Shown piece after piece: positions 54,401 through 64,000 of a DNA stretch of 64,000 nt (its first letter is position 1; each line of letters begins with the position of its first letter). The notes beneath the pieces are model-generated. The model had not been told where the DNA came from. It saw only the letters and a list, made by a program, of their open reading frames with translations, and ran no database searches. The translations under genes and the position numbers were made by a program. The stretch is from Eledone cirrhosa (lineage: Eukaryota): contig OZ024740.1 in the NCBI GenBank assembly GCA_964016885.1, forward strand, positions 327,422,001 to 327,486,000. Direction: 5' to 3'.

Positions 54401-57400
54401 TCCAAATATATTTCCAAGATCATGGAGATAGAATACGTATCTTGCATAAAGATTGCATATATAAGAGGTAGGTTAGCAGAGACGTTAGATCATTAGGCAG
54501 AATATTTTATATTATTGCGATTATTGTTAGTTTAGATTCTCATTAAGCAACATCCTTATAAGACATTTTTATATCCATATTAAAAACTTTTACGCGATAT
54601 CTTGCGGAATTTTGAGAGCAGAGGTTGTGAGTGTAGTTGATTATTTTTCCAGCCAGAGCACCGTGTTGCATATGCTTTCTTGTAATGCCTGATATATTAA
54701 TTGGCTTTTGTTGGAGCTTTAACTAGTGTCCTTTGAAAATGACTATGCCGGTGGCATAAATTGTTCTACACAATCTTCAAAGTTCCTCTAGCAATCATTA
54801 ATGTACTAAGATCAAACAGAAGGATGATAAGATAAGATGGTGAGAAATGGCAATTGAGTCGGAACAGCAATTGCCAATCTATATCAATTGATCGTATTCC
54901 CTTCTGATCTAAATTGCATTCAAACGGAACGCATCTAAAAGATCTCAAATGAAGCCATCTGCCTTCATGTAACGACAAATTGGCAGTATTGTTAGTGTAT
55001 AGGACAAAATTCTTTCAGGTAGTTGTTCAGTGTCTCTTCGATCTGAGCTCAAATTCTGCTTAGGTCAATGTTGCCTTTCATCTTTTGAATTGCCAGTCTA
55101 AGGTGGTGGATTTGGATAGGATTTAGAATGTTACAAATGATGATTTACGGTATTTCTTCTAGTTCATTGCGTTCTGTGTTCAAAGCCCATTGTGGCCTAC
55201 CGGGGAGTTAGGTTCAATTCCCCCCCCCCCCCCCCAGTTTGGCAACCTACATGGCCCTAGGGTTTTTTAGTGGAATTCACTCTGTTGTAAGCATCTGGAC
55301 CAGATCTCTCATTTTAAGATACCTTCTTCACTCTCACCCACCATCTCGAGGATCCTGAAAAGAGCCATGGACACTGTCCCCACCTGACTAAACTATACAA
55401 AATATGGAAGCCAGAAATAATCCCCAAAAGCAAATACTTGCCAAATTATGTACATAATTTACATTCTCGAGAAAACATTCAGAAAATGTGGCTGTTGATG
55501 TGTTCGTTGTTGTTTAACACCAGGGCAAAGAGAATCTAGTAGAAATATAATCAAACTACATTTCAAGCATGGTCAACCACTTCTAATATCAGTCCTACGA
55601 TATGGATGTCATTCGTTCTCCGTGAACATAAACTAAAAAGCCTTATATAACAAAATATCATTCGAAATAAGAATCTATTATTCGAAGGATTAGTACAATT
55701 TTCATTATTCAAAAGTTGGGTATGATTAGACACTGAACCTATCGCAAATCATACCCATCTGCAGGGCTATTGGAATTTGTTTTTATGGTTCTAAATTGTA
55801 AACTGGTATCAAGTGGTTAACCCAATACTTATGTTTCGTCGATTTTACTATAAATTTGTTTGTTGTGAAACGTCCACTTTTTATATGTACAATATAACTG
55901 ATTTAACGATTTTCGTGTGGGCGAATGTGCCTTTGGATTGTCAAAAAATAGCATAATAGATACAAATTATGGATTATAAGGCTTGTGATATTGATTAGTT
56001 TGTTAACTCTTAAGACGTTTAGAGCGATCTATAGAATATATAAGCGAAGGAAAGTTTGCTATAAATAAAATTACTTTCATCGATGGTATGATAACCATTT
56101 CTATTGACCCAGACATATTGTGTTTTGGTTATATCGATTATGTGTGGGATAGTGGTGTGCATATAGCAGCCTAAGTCTATCGTATTTGGATTTTAGAATC
56201 CCGAATCATGATACATTGAGAAAATGATGAATCGTATAAAAGAAAATGTAAATTCTAGGGAAGTAATTAGAAAGAGACAATTTATTTTCTTTAATTCTTG
56301 TTAAAACATTCTATTTAAGAACTTAAACACGCACAGAACACTTCGAAGACTTTCCGGTACTTTACAACTATTGTAATTTAAAGAAAGCCTTCGATTCTTA
56401 CAGTAACTATATTCTATGAAGGCTTTATATTCATGAGGTTACGAAGAGATTGAGAGATTAAGAACAATATACTGTTTGAGATCCTCCAAACGTTTCTAGA
56501 TTATTCCTGTTTCATGAGTAGAATATAATAGAATGCAATAGTATATATTAAAGTTTTTAGCGTTTCACTATCGATCTTTTTTTTTCTTTTCTTCTAACTA
56601 ATCTTCCATTACCGGCATTGTTAAAAAGCTGCTTCCAAACACCACTACCGCAATCAAATGCACGTACATTTACTGAATGCGACTCGGATCAGGATATTGA
56701 ATTAATCGTCTCTCCTCAAATCAGAACCCCAAAGAAAGTAATTTGTTTTTCGATAATATTATTAATATTGTAATTGTTTCTGTTCAGCTCGACGTCAGTT
56801 CTGATTGAGCAGACGTATAATCAACGGCATTACAAGTCGTAATCATCTCGACTTTTAAAGATTACATAGATCTATTTTTATCTAATGTACCCTTACATCA
56901 TTTAAACCTATAGAGCATCATTCGAAGAAAATTTGGCTGTTATTTCTAGCAGATCATCTGACCATGAGGAGCCTTCTCATTGGCTATTGATTTTATCGAT
57001 TCCAGTATATGACAGGTATTTATTTCATCATCGAAAACCAGTTTATTTATTTATTCATCGACAAAAAGTGAAGTTGAGCTCAACGGAATATGAAATTCGA
57101 ATTCGAATAGAAAAGACTAAATACTGCAAAGTATTTAATCTGCCGCTCTAGTGATTCTGTTACTTCACTACATGTTATTACTATTAGTGACAGTTAATAA
57201 CAATGATAGTATTTAATGACTCAAATTTCACTGAGATTGTCTTTACTTCCAATCCTTCCGATGTCGATTAAATAAATACCAACTACTGGGATCGATAAAA
57301 TTGATTAAACCACTCCCGCAAAATGTGTGGGCTTATGCCTATATTAGAATCAATATTGTTGCAGTATGTAATAGTTTGCTTCAGGTATAGCATGATACAT

Positions 57401-58521
57401 AAAACTTTCCCAGTGTTAATGGTGACGTTCAGAGTAAGTTGATAACTCAGCTCAACAAGCAGGATTTGTTTTTACAATATGTTAAGTTTATTTAGTATTT
57501 CTAAATGTAATATCAAATGTATCAAATGTATACCTGTTTGATACAAAGATAACGTCGTCAATTCGATGTTTTGATATGTAATTATTAATTCGTGGTATAT
57601 GATAACATATATACAGTATTCTTTGTGCTTTTTTTTAACGATTAACTCATTGAATAAACGTATTATAAAAGATCACCTAGAATTATATTCTCTGCAGTCT
57701 TAGATAACTATTTACTTATAGCTGGCCTGTTACTATATGATGGGGGCACTGGAAGACACTACTTCCCTTTTCTTTCAGTGGTGGTCTCTCAGAATTTATA
57801 TTAAGCAAAAAAACGTCCTGAAATATGTTCCTTAAATTAGAATGCCCGCCCAAAATGTTCTGAAGTACCCCTCACACGCCTTTACGAGCATCAAAGCCTG
57901 ACGACGGGGTTAGTGTCGGATAAGAAAAATAAGAAAACTTGATCAGTTCCTGCTTTCTTGAATTAACAACGGGATTGTGAAATGTTTGAATCGCAAATAT
58001 AGAAATATTATCGTGAACAGATGTAAAATTAATTTTTATCAACCAGTATAGTAACGTATGATAACATTTTAATTGAACGTAAACTTTATAGGTGCCTGGA
58101 GCAAATAATATATTAGTCTGTAAAAGACCTTTATTGCTATCTCTACTAAATGCCAGAGATTTCAAAGATATTTGATTCGCCTAAAAAATAAAACGAACAG
58201 ACAAATATGAAACGAACGTTTGAACCATATGTGTGATGTGTGTATATAAGTATACGCCTGCTTGTTTCGCCCACTCAATCCCGTAGTGGAAAGAAGTAAC
58301 ATACTGGCATTACCATGTAATGCAAAGGTATAAAGAAAATCGAATTTAAGATATTTATAAATGGCAAAAAATGTAAAAAGAAAACACTTGTATAATATAT
58401 AGCAAATTAACAAAATAATATTTCCGCTAGCAGAAATGGAAACACTAATATCCCTCTCTCTCTTTCTATCTATCAATCTATTAATCTCCTTCTCTACCCC
58501 CCCCCCCCTCCTCTCTCTCTT

Positions 58522-58568
<47 letters not shown>

Positions 58569-58918
58569 TTATTTCTTTATTTCTCACTCTCTCTTTCTCT
58601 CTGTGTAGATTGTATATATATATATATAAATATCTGTGTGTGTGTGTGTGTATGTGTGTGTGTGACGTGTGTATGTATGTGTGAGTGTGTGTGTGGTGGT
58701 GTTTGATTATATCTCTCCCTCACTCGCTCGATCACATTCTTTAGCATAACATGACAACTGCGATTTCACGTCCCCCTCAGAAACTCCTGTACGAATTCCA
58801 TCAGGTTGCATTGCGAAAGATATATTAGTCATAAAACAAGCTAGGGGCAATGTATACAGGTTTGCGAATAATCAGCGCTTTCTCTCCTCCCTTTTCGTTT
58901 TACCTTCTTTCTACACAA

Positions 58919-58955
<37 letters not shown>

Positions 58956-59032
58956 CAAACATACATACACACACACACACACACATATATATATTTATAC
59001 ATACATACATACATACACAGACACATATATAT

Positions 59033-59068
<36 letters not shown>

Positions 59069-59094
59069 ACACACACATATATATATAATAATAA

Positions 59095-59297
59095 TTGTTT
59101 CTATTTTTTGGAACAAGGCCAGCAATTATTCCAGTGTATTACTGGTACTTTATTCTATCGACCCCGTAAAGATGAAAGGCAAAGTTAACCTCGGTGGGAT
59201 TTGAACTCACAGTGTAAAGGGGCGTAATTTACAGCATAGAGTTTACAGTGTAAAGCATAGCGTCCGACCCTCTACCAATACTGCCAATCCACCACCC
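59095..59297 (-). mobile_element. tRNA-derived SINE
   Basis: Reverse complement of the same family. Further fragments lie at 59325-59375 (-) and 59649-59750 (+). Confidence 0.8.
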
Positions 59298-59382
59298 TTA
59301 TATATATGATGATAATAATAATAATAATTGTTTCTACTTTTGGCACAAGGCCAGCAATTACCTAGTACATTACTACTAATAA

Positions 59383-59855
59383 TAATAATACAAGAACGAT
59401 TTGTTAAACCTTCATTGCGTTTATTGATTGGTGACGCGCGTTTCACTATTGATCAGCTCAAGGTTCGATCTGGGCCGACTCTAGTATCAAAAATTCGTCG
59501 GACCTCTCTTGTAGTAATGCTTTCGATTCCAGAGTCGAGCCAGATCGAACCATGAGCTAGTCAACAGCGAAACGCGATTCATCAATCAATGAACGTAATT
59601 AAGGCGTAACAAATCGTCCTAGTATTGTTATATTACACTCTTTAACTTTGAGGTTAACTTTGCCTTTCATCCTTACGGGGTCTATAAAATAAAGTACCAG
59701 TAATGCACTGGGTAATTGCTGGCTTTGTGCCAAAAAGTAGAAACAAATTATTATAATACACTCTGTTTAGCTCTACACCTCACCACTGAAGTGAACCTAA
59801 ACATCGACTGCTCACCTGGGTGAATCTACAGTAACTGCATATTACACTCCCGAGA
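59383..59855. mobile_element. Fold-back non-coding element with tail, interrupted by a SINE fragment
   Basis: Diverged arms at about 59385-59482 / 59530-59630. The tail matches the reverse complement of 17511-17607. Confidence 0.65.
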
Positions 59856-59856
59856 C

Positions 59857-60050
<194 letters not shown>

Positions 60051-60556
60051 GAGATTCTACAGGACTAGAACTGTTTCATTCTTTAGAAATCATCAGGAAT
60101 CTGGCTTTCCAAAGATAAATGTTGTGGTATTTATATCTTTTCAGGTGGTAGGAGAGGGTGGGGAGTGGGATAGGTGGATGTCATTGGTTGAAAGAAAAGG
60201 GAATTCATTAAAAGCTAATTCTTTAAGGCTATAATTTATATTTATATTTAGAGTGAGAAAGGCAGAAATAATTCTATAAACAAGTTCAGAATGGGGTGCC
60301 ACTCCTTATTTTTAAGTTTCTCTTAAGCTAACAATGCCTATATTTCAGGTGTCTATAAGATGGCTGGGGGTCAGTCATGGTTGATGGGTTTAAAGAAAAG
60401 GGAAATTCTTTAAAAGCTAATTCTTTAAAGCTCTAATTAGAGTGACAAAGACCAAGAGAATTCTATAAACCAGTTCAAAATATTGGGTGCCTATCATATC
60501 ATTATTGTCATGTTTCTCTTAAGCTATATTCCAGGTGTCAACAGACACATTCACAT

Positions 60557-60631
<75 letters not shown>

Positions 60632-60666
60632 TATATACAAATATATATACACATATATACACACAC

Positions 60667-60709
<43 letters not shown>

Positions 60710-60852
60710 CACATACATATATACACATACACACACACATATATATATATATACATATAAATATACGCATATACGAACATATACAAAGAGATCTACAGAA
60801 ATACACATATACATAAAAACACATACACAAATATATACATATATATATATAT

Positions 60853-60972
<120 letters not shown>

Positions 60973-61042
60973 TCACATATATATATATATATGAAATAAA
61001 GTTAAATAAAAGTCAAATGATTAAAATTTAGCTTCGTTTATT

Positions 61043-61097
61043 ACTGCTATATATATTTCAGTGACAGCCATCTTTGGCTGTGACTTCTTCAGGCAGT
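61043..61097 (-). ncRNA. Type I hammerhead ribozyme, canonical core
   Basis: ACUGC-CUGAAGA-AGU C ACAGCCA aaga UGGCUGU C ACU-GAAA-UAUAUA-UA-GCAGU. Confidence 0.88.
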
Positions 61098-61337
61098 TTG
61101 AATTAGTATGGAATAGACAAGTACATATGTTGTTTAGGTGTATAATATTGTCAATACTCTGATATGCCCAGTTCCATGTTGGGTTGTTATTTCACTGAGG
61201 AACTGGAGTCATATATGTGTATATGACTCCAGTTCCCCAGTGAAATAACAACCCAACAAGGAACTGGGCATATCAGAGTATTGACAATATTATACACCTA
61301 AACAGCATATGTACTTGTCTATACCATACTAATTCAA

Positions 61338-61392
61338 ACTGCCTGAAGAGGTTACAGCCAAAGATGACTGTCACTGAAATATATATAGTAGT
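61338..61392 (+). ncRNA. Type I hammerhead ribozyme (inverted copy)
   Basis: ACUGC-CUGAAGA-GGUUACAG..CUGUCACU-GAAA-UAUAUA-UA-GUAGU. Confidence 0.82.
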
Positions 61393-61533
61393 AATAAACG
61401 AAGCTAAATTTTAATCATTTGACTTTTATTTAACTTTATTTTACACTACTCCGGAGTAACCAAACCAACCTGCGCACTTCGTCGAGTGCTCCAGCCTGCA
61501 TACTGAGGTGTTGGTATACAACCAACATAAACT

Positions 61534-61616
<83 letters not shown>

Positions 61617-61638
61617 GTATAAAAATCAATACAATATA

Positions 61639-61716
61639 ATTACCTCATTATCAGAGGTTTCCCGAATGAGGCGAATACGAAATAAACGTCTTCATTCGTT
61701 CGTCAGACGAGGCAAT
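61639..61716 (-). ncRNA. Type I hammerhead ribozyme (inverted copy of 63052-63129)
   Basis: Same motif with one G>A change in stem III, giving triplet AUA. Confidence 0.78.
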
Positions 61717-63051
61717 ATAAAACATGGGTAAATACTTAGAAAAACTCATCAAGAAAATCAAAAAAAGATATAGACAAATGAATTAGAAATTGAAATATAT
61801 AAAAATCTATCAAGAAATATAGTTAGGTGTGTGTATATGTATGTGTATACGCTCACAGATGTGCATATATGTATATGCATATATGTATACGTATAGTGAA
61901 AAAGTGTGCGTAAATCTAAAATTTAGGGCAAATGTATCTATATGTCTGTAATCTACAGACAGAATAGTTACATCATAAATATATGAATATGAAGGCGCGC
62001 GCATAAAACGCCTGCACACTCGTACACATAGATGCGGAAGTAAAGGAGGTAAGGGAGTGTAATAATTAAAGGAAAGTATCAATCTCGATATATTTATAAA
62101 AATGTAACAATAAATTAGAAAGAAAAAATTTTAGAAAGAAAAAATTAAAGAAAAGAAGACAAAAAAAGGGTACATACATACACAGACACGCATGTCTCAC
62201 AAAAGAAACGCAAAAATATATATGCTTATATACACACGCGCACTTACACATCCATACGTTCGATACGTACATACACACACACACACACATACTTACACTC
62301 ACGCATAATGACCTGTTTGCATGCACACGCATAAAACTGAGTAAGTAAAAAAAGAAAGAGAGGGGGGGGGATAAGAAAGAAGGAACAAAACATAAAACCG
62401 AGATGTCAAAAACACGGATATAAAGACACATACACATACGCATAATATATACATACACACACACACATACATATACACACACATATATATATATATATAT
62501 ACATACACGCACGCGCGCGCACATACGTAGTCACTCATGTACATATATATAAAAGTATACACACATTAAGGCGTTCAGCCATATTGATACAGGGTGTAAA
62601 AAAACTTGTGGATAAGTAAGTACAAATATAAAATTGTAAGATTGGCTGCGCAAAAATAAAAAATAAAAATAAAAATGAAAAATATATCTGGATTGAAAAA
62701 CACAAAAGACAAGTATAATCACTTTTACTTCCGCATCTAAGTGTACGAGTGTGCAGGCGTTTTATGCGCGCGCCTTCATATTCATATATTTATGATGTAA
62801 CTATTCTGTCTGTAGATTACAGACATATAGATACATTTGCCCTAAATTTTAGATTTACGCACACTTTTTCACTATACGTATACATATATGCATATACATA
62901 TATGCACATCTGTGAGCGTATACACATACATATACACACACCTAACTATATTTCTTGATAGATTTTTATATATTTCAATTTCTAATTCATTTGTCTATAT
63001 CTTTTTTTGATTTTCTTGATGAGTTTTTCTAAGTATTTACCCATGTTTTAT

Positions 63052-63129
63052 ATTGCCTCGTCTGACGAACGAATGAAGACGTTTATTTCGTATTCGCCTC
63101 ATTCGGGAAACCTCTGGTAATGAGGTAAT
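63052..63129 (+). ncRNA. Type I hammerhead ribozyme, canonical core, 10-bp stem I
   Basis: AUUGCCUCGU-CUGACGA-A CGAAUGA..UCAUUCG G-GAAA-CC UCU GG-UA-AUGAGGUAAU. Confidence 0.88.
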
Positions 63130-63226
63130 TATATTGTATTGATTTTTATACATTAAATTTTGCTCTGATACTTACATAGAGCACTCTTCACTTCTATGAC
63201 CTTTTCTGTTTCCAACGGAAATTTCA

Positions 63227-63399
<173 letters not shown>

Positions 63400-63403
63400 A
63401 TTT

Positions 63404-64000
63404 GCCTAATTTGCATATCGAGTGAGTTCAGTCGGCCGGACACACCGAAAACGATATATATATATATAACACATATACCTGCATATGGGCATATATATAT
63501 ATTTAAGTATGTATGTATACGTACATACATATATGTATACAGACGTACAGTAGTATGTATATATATACACAAATGCACACATATATATATGCACGTATCG
63601 GTTTACCGAACATTTATTATAATGCGCGGTTTGTTTGTTTGTAAACAAACAAACAGCCCGAATTACGCCGTACAGTGTTTAGGCAACCACGTCACCTTTT
63701 TGTTTCATTCTATTCCATTTATTTCATTCTATTCCATTTATCGTTTTCGGTGTGTCCGGCCGACTGAACTCACTCGATATGCAAATTAGGCTACTCAGCC
63801 GTTAATATGCATAAGGAAAGTATATACTTTCAGACGTTCAACCATCTGACAGGAAGGTATACGATGCTGACGATAGGTAATAAGCTTGAAACTAGTACAT
63901 GGTTCCTGTGTCAATGTTGAACAAAAAGGTGACGTGGTTGTCTAAACACTGTACGGCGTAATTCGGGCTGTTTGTTTGTTTACAAACAAACCGAGCATTA
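63404..64000. mobile_element. Non-coding HHR element with two interleaved inverted repeats (runs off the window)
   Basis: Inverted repeats 63404-63456 / 63739-63791 and 63620-63704 / 63920-64000. Confidence 0.8.
63861..63903 (+). ncRNA. Minimal type I hammerhead ribozyme
   Basis: ACGAUG-CUGACGA-UAGG uaauaa GCUU-GAAA-CUAG-UA-CAUGGU. The 15.5-kb copy restores stem II (AGC/GCU) and stem I pairing. Confidence 0.78.

Larger units (their letters stand above)
60994..61535. mobile_element. Fold-back non-autonomous HHR element, copy 2 (450-bp hairpin + tail)
   Basis: Arms 60994-61212 / 61219-61441 and tail 61443-61535. Same family as 50383-50813. Confidence 0.88.

Noticed and set aside
57898-57940. 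CUGACGA followed by GAAA
   Set aside because: No adjacent stem II/GAAA geometry and no stem I or NUH site.

Overview
This is AT-rich, repeat-saturated eukaryotic DNA. The SINE families and microsatellite load suggest an octopus or other coleoid cephalopod (inference). No host gene is recognisable, and most ORF-track entries ([14 protein letters not shown]) are microsatellite artefacts. Recognisable contents: one intact Tx1/L1-type ORF2 inserted in an (ATCT)n tract; two R4/Dong-like RLE LINE families, all four copies inserted in (CATA)n; four Penelope-like element (PLE) remnants with RT and/or GIY-YIG domains; a non-autonomous RTE derivative; many tRNA-derived SINEs; Tc1/mariner remnants; and a probable Helitron remnant. 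The most striking signal lies in the short non-coding islands between (TA)n tracts. Many belong to apparently unrelated element families, each carrying a minimal type I hammerhead ribozyme (HHR). I read about a dozen canonical or near-canonical motifs by eye, in about nine families. Several share a fold-back architecture: a long arm without a tail plus an inverted short arm with a tail. This looks like a (TA)n-targeted PLE/retrozyme system. All structures were folded by eye and none has been tested.
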